Shown: positions 31,167 through 42,013, numbered from the stretch's first letter. The stretch is DNA of 64,000 bases from an uncultured delta proteobacterium (GCA_963815115.1 CAWFFN010000012.1:512001-576000); one strand, 5' to 3'. The notes: a model not told the origin generated them from the sequence alone. Made by a program: numbers and translations.

Positions 31167-31435
31167 GCGCGACCGGTGCGTAGATCACGGAGCAGATCGA
31201 GCGTGGTCCGCCTCTTCGGCGCCGTGAACTCAGCGGCCTTGATCCGAGCGACGATGGCAAGGCGGCGCTCGTCGGTGTCGCGCTCCGCAAAGCGCTCCCG
31301 GTAGTCGTGCAGGGAGATCAGGACAGCCGCGGGCTGCCGGCCGCGCTGGACCAGGATCGGCGCACCGCCACGTTCCAGTCGCCGTAGCACCCGACCGAGC
31401 GACTGGCGCAGCTCGAGGGCGTTCACGGACTTCAT
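31163..31435 (-). CDS. Phd/YefM family antitoxin
   Basis: MKSVNALELRQSLGRVLRRLERGGAPILVQRGRQPAAVLISLHDY. Confidence 0.88.
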   Translation of the reverse strand: MKSVNALELRQSLGRVLRRLERGGAPILVQRGRQPAAVLISLHDYRERFAERDTDERRLAIVARIKAAEFTAPKRRTTLDLLRDLRTGRA

Positions 31436-31479
31436 AAGCCTGACATAGGGCTTGCACACAGCCGGGTGTCAACGTGCTG

Positions 31480-32337
31480 TCAGCCAGGCGGCGGCCCCGG
31501 AAACTGCGGCAGGTCATCGTCGATGTCGAACCACGACGCCTTCGAGTCGACGAAGATGTGTCGTTCGGGCCGGACGCCGGGATCGTCGTCGAGCGCGCCC
31601 ATCGGGACGACCGCGATGTTCCGCTCGCGATCGAAGCGCGGCAGCTTCGAGCCGCAGCGACGGCAGAAGACGCTCGAGAAGAACCGAGCCTCCGGGACCT
31701 TGTACGACTCGAGCAGCTCCTCGCCGGCGGTGATGCGCACGCCGTCGAAGCTGGTGAAGAGGTTCGACCCGTGGGCGGCGCCGCGCGCCTTGCGGCAGCG
31801 CTGGCAGTGACAGTTCTGGACGCGCAGCGGCTCGCCCTCGATGACGAAGGTGACCCCGCCGCAGAGGCAGCTCCCGCGCGGCTTGCCGGTGGCGCCGGCG
31901 CGGGGAGGGATGTCGGGCAGCACTGCGGTGTCGACGCCCGGGGGGTAGGCCTCCCAGGTCGGCAGCCCCGGCGGGATGTCGTACCAGGGCGCCTTCGAGC
32001 CGACGAAGATGTGTCCCATCGGCCGGATGCCGGGATCGTCGTCGAGCGCGCCCGCAGGCAGGAAGAGCTTGCCCTCCCACGGCTTCGTGTCGTCCGGAAC
32101 GGGAGAGCCGCACCGCCCGCAGAAGGCGCGCGAGAGGCTCGGCGACGACTCGTAGCGCGCGATCCGGTCGCGACCCCGGGTGAAGCGGAAGTCGGCGGCG
32201 TCGCACATGACCTCGGTCGAGAACGCCGACCCGTGCGCCTTGCGGCAGCGGGAGCAATGGCAATGGGACATGAACTCGAGCGGCCCGGCGTTCTCCCACG
32301 CCACGTCGCCGCAGAGACAGCTGCCGTGAACCGTCAC
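31480..32337 (-). CDS. GFA/CENP-V family protein with two tandem domains
   Basis: Two copies of GSCLCG...CHCxRCRKAxG...FCxRCGS...HIFVxSKAxW; GTG start overlaps the rpiA stop. Confidence 0.92.
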   Translation of the reverse strand: MTVHGSCLCGDVAWENAGPLEFMSHCHCSRCRKAHGSAFSTEVMCDAADFRFTRGRDRIARYESSPSLSRAFCGRCGSPVPDDTKPWEGKLFLPAGALDDDPGIRPMGHIFVGSKAPWYDIPPGLPTWEAYPPGVDTAVLPDIPPRAGATGKPRGSCLCGGVTFVIEGEPLRVQNCHCQRCRKARGAAHGSNLFTSFDGVRITAGEELLESYKVPEARFFSSVFCRRCGSKLPRFDRERNIAVVPMGALDDDPGVRPERHIFVDSKASWFDIDDDLPQFPGPPPG

Positions 32338-33056
32338 GATGCCCCTCCTTCCCGTGTGCGAACCTCGACGCGGCCGTCCGGATGGCCGACCAGCACGCGT
32401 TCGGCCGTGCCGAGGAAGAGTCCCGTGTCGACCACGCCGGGGATGGCGAGGATCGCGGTCTCGAGCTTCCGCGCCGCCGCGCCGTCGGCGAGCGCCTCGC
32501 GTGGCGCGCAGTCGAGGGTGAAGTTGCCGTTGTCGGTGCAGAACGGGGCGCCGTCGGCTCCGGGGCGAACGGTCGGCGTGAGCCCGAGCGCCCGCAGCTC
32601 GCGGGACACCAGACCGCGCGCCAGCGGAATCACCTCGACGGGGATGCGGCCGCGCTGTCCGAGTCGCTCGACGAGCTTCTCGGGACCCACCAGGATGACC
32701 TGCCGTCGCGACGCCGCCGCGACGATGCGCTCGCGCACCAGCGCGCCGCCCCATCCCTTCACCAGGTCGAGGTTGGGCGCCACCTCGTCGGCGCCGTCGA
32801 CGGTGAGGTCGAGAATCACGTTCTCGTCGAGATCGATCATCGCGATGCCGAGGGCCTCGGCCTGCCTCGCCGTGGCCTCCGAGGTCGCTGCACCGACGAC
32901 GCGCAGGCCCTGACGCACGCGGGCGCCCAGCTCGTCCACGAACGCCGCGGCGGCCCGGCCCGTGCCGAGACCCACCTTGGCGCCGTCGGTCACCATCGCG
33001 GCGGCCTGGCGAGCGACGGCGAGCACGGCGGGGTCCGGCGTCGCGGCTGGCGGCAT
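32334..33056 (-). CDS. rpiA: Ribose-5-phosphate isomerase A
   Basis: VGLGTGRAA, DLTVDGADEV, KGWGGALVRERIV, TDNGNF, IPGVVDTGLF. Confidence 0.95.
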   Translation of the reverse strand: MPPAATPDPAVLAVARQAAAMVTDGAKVGLGTGRAAAAFVDELGARVRQGLRVVGAATSEATARQAEALGIAMIDLDENVILDLTVDGADEVAPNLDLVKGWGGALVRERIVAAASRRQVILVGPEKLVERLGQRGRIPVEVIPLARGLVSRELRALGLTPTVRPGADGAPFCTDNGNFTLDCAPREALADGAAARKLETAILAIPGVVDTGLFLGTAERVLVGHPDGRVEVRTREGGAS

Positions 33057-33311
33057 GCGGTTCTCTTTAGCCTGCCTGCAGAGCCAGTACAGCCTCTCGA
33101 AACACCCGGCCGCCCGGCTCGGCGGGCTGGGCTGCTCCTCCAGAGCGGCGCCGGTGGTGGGGTTGCACGCTTCGAACGCTGCGCCACGCCGGCCACCACC
33201 GCGAGTTCCGTTGCTCCCGCGTACGCGCGCTTCTGCGCTTGCCAGTGAGGGCCGTATCGACGCAAGGAGGTCCGCGCGGGTCGAGTCTCTGCCGAAGAGG
33301 TGCCGCGGCCG

Positions 33312-35846
33312 CTACCGCGCCCACAGGATCTGCGCCGCCTCCAGCGGCACAATCGCCCCGGGGTGGTCCGGAATCACCCGCGGCGTCCAGTCGCTCGCCG
33401 GTCGCGTCGCGGCGATGCGAGCGGTGAACACGTAGCCGTTTGCGTTTCCCTCGATACGACCCGCCCGCGTCATCGCGACCAGCTCGGGCGGCCCGCCGTT
33501 GCGGCCGTCGGCGTACAGCTCGACGCGTACGGCGTCCGGGGGCAGCGTCCCGAGCTGCACGCCGACGCGATAGACGTGCGAGTCGCCGTCGCGCTCGACG
33601 TGCGTCTCGCCGTAGCGGACGCCGTGCCAGCCCTCGGCGAGCGCGTGTTGCCAGGCGACCAGCGCGGAGCCGGCCGCGCCGCGGTCCGCCGCCCGGGCGC
33701 GGTAGCGCGCCGCTGCCGGCAGGTAGTAGCCCTCGGTGTACTCGCGCACCGCGCGGCTGGCGGAGAAGCGCGGCGTGAGCTCGGCCATGCTCCGGCGCAT
33801 GCGGGCGATCCAGGCGGTCGGCACGCCATCGGCGCCACGCTGGTAGAAGTCGGGTACGACCTGCCGCTCCAGGATCTCGTAGAGGGCCTGCGCCTCGCTC
33901 GCGTCCCACGCGGGATCGTCGCCGTGCTCGCGACCGTCGCCGAGCGCCCAGCCGACCTCCGCCGAGTACGCCTCCGCCCACCAGCCGTCCAGCTCGGAGA
34001 GGTTGAGGCCACCGTTCACCAGCACCTTCATGCCGCTCGTGCCGCACGCCTCCCAGGGGCGGCGCGGCGTGTTGATCCAGACGTCCACCCCCTGCACGAG
34101 CTGCTCGGCGAGCAGCATGTCGTAGTCGGCGAGGAACACGACCGAGCGCGCGACCTCGGGCCGGCGCGTGAACTCGATCCACTGCTTCACCATGAGCTGC
34201 CCCGCCGTGTCCGCCGGGTGCGCCTTGCCCGCCACCGCGAGCTGCACCGGGCGGTCGGGGTCGGTGAGGAGCCGCACGAGGCGGTCGGGATCGTGCAGCA
34301 GGAGATTGGGCCTCTTGTAGGTCGCGAAGCGTCGCGCGAAGCCGAGCGTCAGCGCGTCGGACCGGAAGACCTGCGCCACCTCCTGCACCTCGGCCGCCGT
34401 CGCCCCGGTGGCGGCGCGCTGGCGCGACAATCGGTAGCGCACGTCTGCGACCAGCGCAGCGCGATTCGCGTTCCGCAGCCCCCACAGATCGGCGTCGCGG
34501 ACCGACTTGAGGGAGTCCGCCGGTGCGCCCTCGGGCGCGTCGACCCAGCGATTCTTGCCGCACGCGCGCGTCCAGAGGTCGTCGGCGGCCGCCGAATCCC
34601 AGCTCGGGGCGTGAACGCCGTTGGTGACGTAGCCGATCGGGATCTCGTCTCGGGGCCAGCGCGGGAACAGCGACTGGAAGATGCTGCGGCTCACCTGGCC
34701 GTGCAGACGGCTGACACCGTTGACCGCGGTGCTGCACCGCATCGCGAGGAGCGCCATGTTGAAGGCCTCGGAGGCATCGTCGGGACGCTCGCGGCCGAGC
34801 GCCAGGAGCTGCTCCACGGGGATGCCGAGTCCCTTGCGCGCGTAGCCGTCGAGCGCCCGCGCCACGAGGTCGGGCGCGAAGCGGTCGAACCCGGCGGCGA
34901 CGGGCGTGTGCGTGGTGAACACGTTGCCGCCGCGGGTGACGGCGAGCGCCACGTCGAATGGCTGGCCGGTCGTCTCCATGAAGTCGCGCGCCCGCTCCAG
35001 GACCGCGAACGCCGCGTGTCCTTCGTTCAGATGGCACACGTCGGGGTGCAGGCCGAGCCGGCGCAGCAGATGCCAGCCGCCGATGCCGAGCGCGATCTCC
35101 TGGATCAGCCGGAGCGCCGGGCCGCCGCCGTACAGCTCGCTGGTGATGCCGCGGTCGGCGGGGGTGTTGGCCGGGTCGTTCGAGTCGAGGAGATAGAGCG
35201 TCGTCCTGCCCACGCGCGCCTGCCAGGCACGCAGCCAGACTCGGCGCCCCCGCGTGGTCACCTGGAGGCGGAGCCATTCGCCGTCGGGCTCCCGCACCGG
35301 CGTGATGGGAAGGAAGGTCGGCTGGTTCGGCGGGTAGAGCGCGCGCTGCGAGCCGTCGGGTTCGATGACCTGCCGGAAGTAGCCCTCCTGGTAGAGGAGC
35401 CCGACGCCGACCACCGGCACGCCGAGATCGTGCGCCGCCTTCAGCTGATCGCCGGCGACGTTGCCGAGGCCGCCCGAGTAGATCGGGAGCGCCTCGCTCA
35501 GTCCGAACTCCATGCTGAAGTAGGCGACGCACCCGAGCGGCGCCTCCGGCTGCGTGCGCTGGAACCAGGCTGGAGCGGTGAGGTAGCTGCGGCGTCCCGC
35601 GACCAGCGCTTCGAGTCGGCTCCGGAAGGCCGGGTCGCGCAGGGCGTCTTCCAGCCGGGTCCGGGCGACGGTCTGCAGCACGAGCCACGGATTGTGGGTG
35701 AGCGCCCACAGCTCGGCGTCGAGCTGGCCCCACAGCTCGTCGGCGGAGTGCTCCCAGGTGGAGCGCAGGTCGAGCGCCAGCTCGACGAGCTGCTCGATGC
35801 CTGGCACGTCGGCGTGAGGCCAGTAGGGGGCGAGCGGGCGGTCCAT
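33312..35846 (-). CDS. glgP: Alpha-glucan (glycogen/starch) phosphorylase
   Basis: AYFSMEFG, YSGGLG, HLNEGHAAF, FARRFATYKR, EACGTSGMK. True start MDRPL at 35846; the ORF-track extension runs into frameshifted pgm. Confidence 0.95.
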   Translation of the reverse strand: MDRPLAPYWPHADVPGIEQLVELALDLRSTWEHSADELWGQLDAELWALTHNPWLVLQTVARTRLEDALRDPAFRSRLEALVAGRRSYLTAPAWFQRTQPEAPLGCVAYFSMEFGLSEALPIYSGGLGNVAGDQLKAAHDLGVPVVGVGLLYQEGYFRQVIEPDGSQRALYPPNQPTFLPITPVREPDGEWLRLQVTTRGRRVWLRAWQARVGRTTLYLLDSNDPANTPADRGITSELYGGGPALRLIQEIALGIGGWHLLRRLGLHPDVCHLNEGHAAFAVLERARDFMETTGQPFDVALAVTRGGNVFTTHTPVAAGFDRFAPDLVARALDGYARKGLGIPVEQLLALGRERPDDASEAFNMALLAMRCSTAVNGVSRLHGQVSRSIFQSLFPRWPRDEIPIGYVTNGVHAPSWDSAAADDLWTRACGKNRWVDAPEGAPADSLKSVRDADLWGLRNANRAALVADVRYRLSRQRAATGATAAEVQEVAQVFRSDALTLGFARRFATYKRPNLLLHDPDRLVRLLTDPDRPVQLAVAGKAHPADTAGQLMVKQWIEFTRRPEVARSVVFLADYDMLLAEQLVQGVDVWINTPRRPWEACGTSGMKVLVNGGLNLSELDGWWAEAYSAEVGWALGDGREHGDDPAWDASEAQALYEILERQVVPDFYQRGADGVPTAWIARMRRSMAELTPRFSASRAVREYTEGYYLPAAARYRARAADRGAAGSALVAWQHALAEGWHGVRYGETHVERDGDSHVYRVGVQLGTLPPDAVRVELYADGRNGGPPELVAMTRAGRIEGNANGYVFTARIAATRPASDWTPRVIPDHPGAIVPLEAAQILWAR

Positions 35847-35854
35847 ACGCGAAG

Positions 35855-37509
35855 TCAGCCCTCCACCACGGCGAAGGCCTCCCGGAGGATCGCGTCCGCG
35901 TCCTCCTGGATGCGGCGGAGGTGATCGGGACCGCGGAAGCTCTCGGCGTAGACCTTGTTCACGTCCTCGGTCCCCGACGGGCGGGCGGCGAACCAGCCGT
36001 GCTCGGCGATCACCTTGACGCCGCCGATCGGCGCGCCGTTGCCCGGTGCGGTGGAGAGGACCCGCTGGATGGGCTCGCCGCCGAGCTGCCGCGCGCGCAC
36101 GTGCTCCGGCGCCAGCGTGCCGAGCGCGGCCTTCTGCTCGGGCGTCGCGGGCGAGTCGGTGCGCTCGTACGCAGGCTCGCCGAACTCCCGCGTGAGCTCG
36201 CGCCAGTGCTCGCCGGGATCGCGACCCGTCCTGGCGGTGATCTCGGCGGCGAGCAGGCACGGGATGATGCCATCCTTGTCCGTCGTCCAGACCGTGCCGT
36301 CGCGCCGCAGGAACGACGCGCCCGCGCTCTCCTCGCCGGCGAAGCCGAACCCGCCGTCGAGCAGGCCCTCGACGAACCACTTGAACCCCACCGGCACCTC
36401 GACCAGCCGGCGGCCGAGCTTCGCGGCGACGCGGTCGATCATGCCGCTCGACACCACGGTCTTGCCGACGGCGGCCTTCGCCGGCCAGCCGGGCCGGTTC
36501 GCGAACAGGTACGCGATGGCAACGCTCAGGTAGTGGTTCGGATTCAGCAGCCCCTCGCTCCGGCTGACGATGCCGTGGCGATCGGCATCGGTGTCGCACG
36601 CGAAAGCGACGTCGAAGCGGTCCTTCAGCTCGACCAGGCGCGCCATGGCCCAGGGTGACGACGGATCCATGCGGATCTTGCCGTCCCAGTCGACGGTCAT
36701 GAAGCGGAAGGTCGGATCGACCGCGCGGTTCACCACCTCGAGCCGCAGCCCGTAGCGCTCGGCGATCGCGTCCCAGTAAGCCACGCTGGCGCCGCCGAGC
36801 GGATCCACGCCCAGGCGGACGCTCGCGCCGCGGACGGCGTCGAGGTCCACCACGGTGCCGAGGGAGCCGACGTAGGTCTCGAGATAGTCGTGCGGGTGCG
36901 TGGTCGCCGCCTTGCGCGCGCGCTGCGTACGGGATGCGCCGCACGCCGCGCAGGCCCTCCGCCAGCAAGCGCGTTCGCCTGCTCCTGGATCCACCCGGTC
37001 ACGCTCGTGTCGGCCGGGCCGGCCTCCGGCGGGTTGTACTTGAAGCCGCCGTCGGTGGGCGGGTTGTGCGACGGCGTGATCACGATGCCGTCGGCGCGAC
37101 CGGTGGTGCGACCGCGGTTGTAGGTGAGGATGGCGTGCGAGATCACCGGGGTCGGCGTGTAGCCGGCGGTCCGGTCGACCATGACCTCGACCTCGTGTGC
37201 GGCCAGGACCTCGAGGGCGCTCGCGAACGCGGGCTCGGAGAGGGCGTGCGTGTCGATGCCGATGAAGAGCGGGCCGTCGGTGCCCTCCTTGGCGCGATGG
37301 CGGCAGATGGCCTCGGTGGTGGCGAGGATGTGGGCCTCGTTGAAGGCGACGTCGAAGGACGAGCCGCGGTGGCCCGAGGTGCCGAACGAGACGCGCTGCG
37401 CGGGCACCGCGGGATCGGGCTGGCCCGTGTAGTACGCGGTCACCAGCCGCGGCACGTTGACCAGCAGCGCGGGGTCGGCCGGCTTGCCGGCCAGCGGGCT
37501 CGTCGCCAT
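35855..37509 (-). pseudogene. pgm: Phosphoglucomutase (alpha-D-glucose-phosphate specific), two frameshifts at ~36920-36970
   Basis: MATSPLAGK...FGTSGHRGS...ITPSHNPP; after the shifts [32 protein letters not shown]. Probably sequencing indels. Confidence 0.9.
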
Positions 37510-37513
37510 GACC

Positions 37514-37642
37514 TCAGTCCGCCCACACCGGGTCGCGCAGCGGGTTGTCCTGCAGGTGGATCTGCCCGACCACCAGGTAGTTGGCGGCGTCCCAGTACGC
37601 CTGCATGCGGGCGAGCTGCACCTCGGAAAGCGGACCTGCCAT
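37514..37642 (-). pseudogene. 42-aa remnant of phosphoketolase (Xfp/XpkA)
   Basis: GAGGAG RBS, then [35 protein letters not shown], matching the phosphoketolase N-terminal motif YWRAANYLSVGQIYLxDNPL. Confidence 0.8.
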
Positions 37643-37670
37643 CGTTCTCCTCGGGGGTTCTCCGGGCGGG

Positions 37671-39749
37671 CTACTTCGTGGCGCGCGCGCGGGCGAGCTG
37701 CTCTCGTGCCGCCTCGAGCACGCGGTCGGGAGTGAAGCCGAACTTCTTGAGGAGCTGCTTGAGCGGCGCCGAGGCACCGAAGGTGTGCATGCCGATGCTC
37801 TCCCCGTGGGTTCCCACGTAGCGGCTCCAGCCGAGCGTCGACGCCTGCTCGACCGAGACGCGCGCGGTGACCTCCGGCGGCAGGACCGAGTCGCGGTACT
37901 CCTGCGGCTGGCGGTCGAACAGCTCGAGGCACGGCATGCTGACCACGCGCGCCCGCACGCCCTCCTTGACGAGCTGCTCGTAGGCGCCGACGCACAGGCT
38001 CACCTCGCTCCCGGTGGCGAGCAGCAGGACCTCCGGCTGGCCGCCCGGGGCGTCCGCGAGCACGTAGGCTCCCCGCGCGACCCCCGACGCGGCCGCGTAG
38101 CGCGTGCGATCGAGCGTGGGCAGCGCCTGGCGGCTGAGGATCATCGCGACCGGCTCGTGCCGCAGCTGCATGACGGTGCGCCAGGCCTCGACCACCTCGT
38201 TGGCATCCGCGGGCCGGATGGTGAGCAGCCCCGGGATGGCGCGCAGGGACGCCAGGTGCTCGACCGGCTGGTGCGTAGGACCGTCCTCGCCCACACCGAT
38301 CGAATCGTGGGTGAAGATGAAGATGACCGGGATCTCCATGAGCGCCGCCAGCCGGATGGTGGGCCGGCAGTAGTCGCTGAAGATCAGGAATCCCGACCCG
38401 AACGGACGGACCTTGGTGAGCGCCATGCCGTTCACGATCGCACCCATGGCGTTCTCGCGGATGCCGAAGTGGAAATTCCGGCCGCCGGGGTCCGCGGCGG
38501 AGAGATCGCCGGCCCCTTCGAAGGTGAGGCGGGTCTTCGTCGACGGCGACAGGTCGGCGGCGCCGCCGAGCAGCCACGGCACGTGCTGCGCGAGCGTGTT
38601 GAGCACCTTGCCCGAGGACTCGCGGCTGCCGAGCCCCTTGGCATCGGTCGGGAACGGCGCCAGGCCCGCGTCCCAGCCCGCGGGCAGCTCGCGGCGCTGC
38701 ATGCGTTGCATCTGATCGGCCAGGTCCGGGAACTGCGCCCGGTACGCCTCGACCTTGTCGGCCCAGGCTTCGCGGAGCCCGCGCCCGCGCCTGCCCACGC
38801 CGGCGGCGAAGTGCTCGCGCACGCCGTCGGGGACGAGGAACTGCGCGTCCTCGGGCCAGCCGTAGGATCGCTTGGCCAGCCGCACTTCCTCCTCACCCAG
38901 CGGCTCGCCGTGAGCGGCGCTGGTGTCCTGCTTGTGGGGCGCGCCGTAGCCGATGTGGCTGTCCACGATGAGCAGCGTCGGCCGGTCGGTCGTGCGCTTG
39001 AAAGTGGCAAAGGCGCGCTCGAGCATGTCGAGGTCGTTGGCGTCGCCCACGCGTACCACGTTCCACCCGTATGCCAGGAAGCGGCAGGCGACGTCGTCGC
39101 TGAATGTGAGATCCGTGTGACCTTCTATGGTCACGTGGTTGTTGTCGTAGATCCAGCACAGGTTCGGGATGCGCAGGTGGCCGGCGAACGACGCGGCCTC
39201 GTTCGAGATGCCCTCCATCATGCAGCCGTCGCCGCACAGCGCGTAGACGTCGAAGTCGAAGAGGTCGAAGCCGGGCCGGTTGAAGTGCCGCGCCATCCAG
39301 CGCCCGGCGACGGCCATGCCGACGCTGTTGGAGACGCCCTGGCCGAGCGGCCCGGTGGTGCACTCGACCCCGGAGACGATGTGGTACTCCGGGTGACCCG
39401 GGCAGCGGCTGCCGAGCTGGCGGAAGCTCTTGATGTCGTCGAGCGACACGGAGGGTTGGCCGAGCACCTCGTAGTCGGGATCGACGGCCTGCACCCCGGT
39501 CAGGTGAAGCAGGGAGTAGAGGAGCATGGACGCGTGACCCGCGGAGAGCACGAACCGGTCTCGGTTGGGCCAGATCGGATCGCTCGGGTCGAAGCGCAGG
39601 AAGCGCTGCCAGAGACAGTACGCCACGGGCGCCATGCCCATGGGCGTGCCGGGGTGACCGGACTCGGCCTTCTGGACGGCGTCGATGCAGAGGGTGCGAA
39701 TCGTGTTGACGCACAGCCGGTCGAGGTCGTGCGGATCGCTCTGGGGCAC
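37671..39749 (-). CDS. tkt: Transketolase
   Basis: [54 protein letters not shown]. Confidence 0.97.
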   Translation of the reverse strand: MPQSDPHDLDRLCVNTIRTLCIDAVQKAESGHPGTPMGMAPVAYCLWQRFLRFDPSDPIWPNRDRFVLSAGHASMLLYSLLHLTGVQAVDPDYEVLGQPSVSLDDIKSFRQLGSRCPGHPEYHIVSGVECTTGPLGQGVSNSVGMAVAGRWMARHFNRPGFDLFDFDVYALCGDGCMMEGISNEAASFAGHLRIPNLCWIYDNNHVTIEGHTDLTFSDDVACRFLAYGWNVVRVGDANDLDMLERAFATFKRTTDRPTLLIVDSHIGYGAPHKQDTSAAHGEPLGEEEVRLAKRSYGWPEDAQFLVPDGVREHFAAGVGRRGRGLREAWADKVEAYRAQFPDLADQMQRMQRRELPAGWDAGLAPFPTDAKGLGSRESSGKVLNTLAQHVPWLLGGAADLSPSTKTRLTFEGAGDLSAADPGGRNFHFGIRENAMGAIVNGMALTKVRPFGSGFLIFSDYCRPTIRLAALMEIPVIFIFTHDSIGVGEDGPTHQPVEHLASLRAIPGLLTIRPADANEVVEAWRTVMQLRHEPVAMILSRQALPTLDRTRYAAASGVARGAYVLADAPGGQPEVLLLATGSEVSLCVGAYEQLVKEGVRARVVSMPCLELFDRQPQEYRDSVLPPEVTARVSVEQASTLGWSRYVGTHGESIGMHTFGASAPLKQLLKKFGFTPDRVLEAAREQLARARATK

Positions 39750-40017
39750 GTCGAGCCCTCCCGGGCCGGTTACTTGGGAGTCGACCGGCGGTCGCGCGCG
39801 ACGCTCGAGCCGGCGACGAACTCGGGAGCGAACCGGACGCTCCCCAGTCGGCGTGCCCCGGGGACTCGGGGCAAACCATGGCGTCTCAGCACTGGAACGA
39901 CCATGGCGAGATGCTCGCTGCTCGCGCGAGGCACCTTCTCCGCAACCGGCACCCGTCCACGTCCATCCATGGTGGTGAACGCACCTGCTATACCAGATTC
40001 CCGAGGCGCGCCACCGG

Positions 40018-40713
40018 TCAGGACTTGGCGGGTGCGGGGCGGGTCGCCGCGCGTAGCGCCTCCAGCTCCCAGCCTACGAGCTCGCCGATGCGCTCGAGGG
40101 TGACGTCGGGCGACGGCTGGCCGGCGAGCGCCGCCGCGTCGTGTGCGTAGTGTCCCTGACGCGGGAACACCGTGGTGACCCGCTCGCTCCAGTGGGCCTT
40201 GATGGCGGTGCAGAGCCGCGGCTTGTCGTCCACGAAGACGTAGTGCTCCGCCGGAAAGCGCGCCTCGACGTCGGCCAGCTCGAGCTCCTTGTGGACGTAG
40301 ATCAGGACGTTGCCCTCGACCGCCTCGAACAGCCCCGAGTGCTGCACCTTGAGAGGCTGGAACACGACGTCGCCGTCGGAGAGGATGGCCACCGGTCCCC
40401 AGGAGCGCGCGTGCTCGATCGCGTCGAGCGACCCCGGAAACAGCCGATTGGCGAACGCGTAGCCCAGCAGGAAGGTCGAGACCGCGAGCAGGTGGGGGCG
40501 GTGCGGATCCTCGATCCGGAAGCGCTGCAGGGCGCCGAGGTAGTCGGCGTAGCCGAGCTCCTGGCGGAGCTGCTCGAAGAGCTCCCAGTAGCGCTTCTGC
40601 TGGTCCTCGCCGACGGTTCGCCCGAGGTGGCGGCGCATGTCGGCGACGATGTGGTCGTTGTCGAGCAGCGTGTTGTCGACGTCGAAGAGCGTCACCACCG
40701 CGGAACGCGACAT
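40018..40713 (-). CDS. HAD-superfamily hydrolase
   Basis: LFDVDNTLLDND, ILSDGD, FVDDKPR. Confidence 0.9.
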   Translation of the reverse strand: MSRSAVVTLFDVDNTLLDNDHIVADMRRHLGRTVGEDQQKRYWELFEQLRQELGYADYLGALQRFRIEDPHRPHLLAVSTFLLGYAFANRLFPGSLDAIEHARSWGPVAILSDGDVVFQPLKVQHSGLFEAVEGNVLIYVHKELELADVEARFPAEHYVFVDDKPRLCTAIKAHWSERVTTVFPRQGHYAHDAAALAGQPSPDVTLERIGELVGWELEALRAATRPAPAKS

Positions 40714-40772
40714 CGAGCGCTCTACAGCACAGCCCGCGCCCTCGCGCTACCCCCCGACCCGCGCGCCGGCGG

Positions 40773-41891
40773 TCAGGTCGTCAGGCCCCAGAAGCGCGCG
40801 GCATTGCTGCACACGATCTTGCGGCGCTCGTCCTCCGGCAGATCGCCGAACAGCGAGTCGATCACGCGCCGCGAGTACGGCCAGTCGTTGCCGTGGTGCG
40901 GGAAGTCGGTCGACCACGCCATGTTGTCGACGCCCACCTGGTGGCGAACGCTGACCCCGCTGCGATCGACGATGAAGGTGGCGAGCCAGTGATCGCGGAA
41001 GTAGTCGCTCGGCACCTTCTTGATCTTCGTCCCCGCCCACAGGCGGTTCCGCCACCAGCGGTCGTCGGTCATCTCGAGGAAGTGCGGGATCCAGCCCACG
41101 CCCGTCTCGACCGCCGCCATGCGCAGTCGCGGGAAGCGATCGAAGATTCCCTGGAAGATCGTCTCGGTGATCAGCGGCATGGTGAGCGCGAACGCGGTGG
41201 CGCCGATCGCGACGGCCGCCTGCTTCGATGCCGCCGTCTTCGTCTGCTGCGCGGCGAGCAGCAGGTGGATGCTGACGGGCATGTCGAGCTGGGCGGCGGC
41301 ATCCCAGAACGGATCGTCCTCGGCGCGCAGGTTGTCGCCTCCCGACGGCCAGGCCGAGATGGCGACGCCGCGGAAGCCCTCCTTCTTCGCCCGCTCGAGC
41401 TCCGCGACCGACGTCTCGATGCCGACGTTCGGAATCTGGAAGATGCCGATCAGGCGCTCGGGATCCGCCGCGCAGAAGCCGTCCTTCAGCCAGCGGTCGT
41501 AGGCGCGGATGCCGGCGAGGTGGGCGTCGACGTCCTTGTTCTTCATGAACGTGAGCATCGCGCGCTGCGGCGGGTAGAGCATCTCGGCGTCGACGCCGTC
41601 CTGGTCCATGATCTTCAAGCGCTCGGCGCCGTCGTAGCACGACGGGTGGATGTTCACGCCGTAGCGCTTGCCGGTCCACTTGAGCTCCTCGGGATGCGTG
41701 CCGACGCAGGTGACCAGGCCGAGCGGCTCGGGCGTGGTCGAGCCCATGTAGAGCCAGGCGTGGCCACCGTCGCCGTCGTCGACCAGCTTCGGGGCCGTGT
41801 CGAGATACTTCCGCTCGAGCCACCGCTCCCACAGGTCGGGCGGCTCGACGGTGTGGGAGTCTGCCGAGATGACGCGATAGCTACGGGCCAT
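40773..41891 (-). CDS. Amidohydrolase family protein (Amidohydro_2)
   Basis: ISADSHTVEPPDLW, MDQDGVDAEMLYP, PVSIH, ETGVGWIP, WSTDFPH. Confidence 0.92.
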   Translation of the reverse strand: MARSYRVISADSHTVEPPDLWERWLERKYLDTAPKLVDDGDGGHAWLYMGSTTPEPLGLVTCVGTHPEELKWTGKRYGVNIHPSCYDGAERLKIMDQDGVDAEMLYPPQRAMLTFMKNKDVDAHLAGIRAYDRWLKDGFCAADPERLIGIFQIPNVGIETSVAELERAKKEGFRGVAISAWPSGGDNLRAEDDPFWDAAAQLDMPVSIHLLLAAQQTKTAASKQAAVAIGATAFALTMPLITETIFQGIFDRFPRLRMAAVETGVGWIPHFLEMTDDRWWRNRLWAGTKIKKVPSDYFRDHWLATFIVDRSGVSVRHQVGVDNMAWSTDFPHHGNDWPYSRRVIDSLFGDLPEDERRKIVCSNAARFWGLTT

Positions 41892-41935
41892 CCGAGAGCA
41901 CTAGCAGGCCCGGCGGCTCGCAGGGAAGAGCGGAC

Positions 41936-41977
41936 GAAAAAGTCGGGCCGGGACAGGCAATCGCCCGTCCCGGCCCG
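41936..41977 (-). terminator. Rho-independent terminator
   Basis: CGGGCCGGGACGGGC-loop-GCCTGTCCCGGCCCG stem followed by ACTTTTT on the minus strand, just downstream of the 42014 stop. Confidence 0.8.
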
Positions 41978-42013
41978 GTTGATGGACCGCGCGGCGCGCG
42001 GCGAGGGTTGCGG

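Noticed and set aside
33060-33310. GC-rich intergenic stretch with partial inverted repeats as a possible ncRNA
   Set aside because: No recognisable family features; pairing is expected by chance at this GC content.
33312-38577. Apparent pgm-glgP (1218 aa) and tkt-pgm (615 aa) fusion ORFs
   Set aside because: Chance open frames extending upstream of the real starts, compounded by the pgm frameshifts; each gene has its own start.
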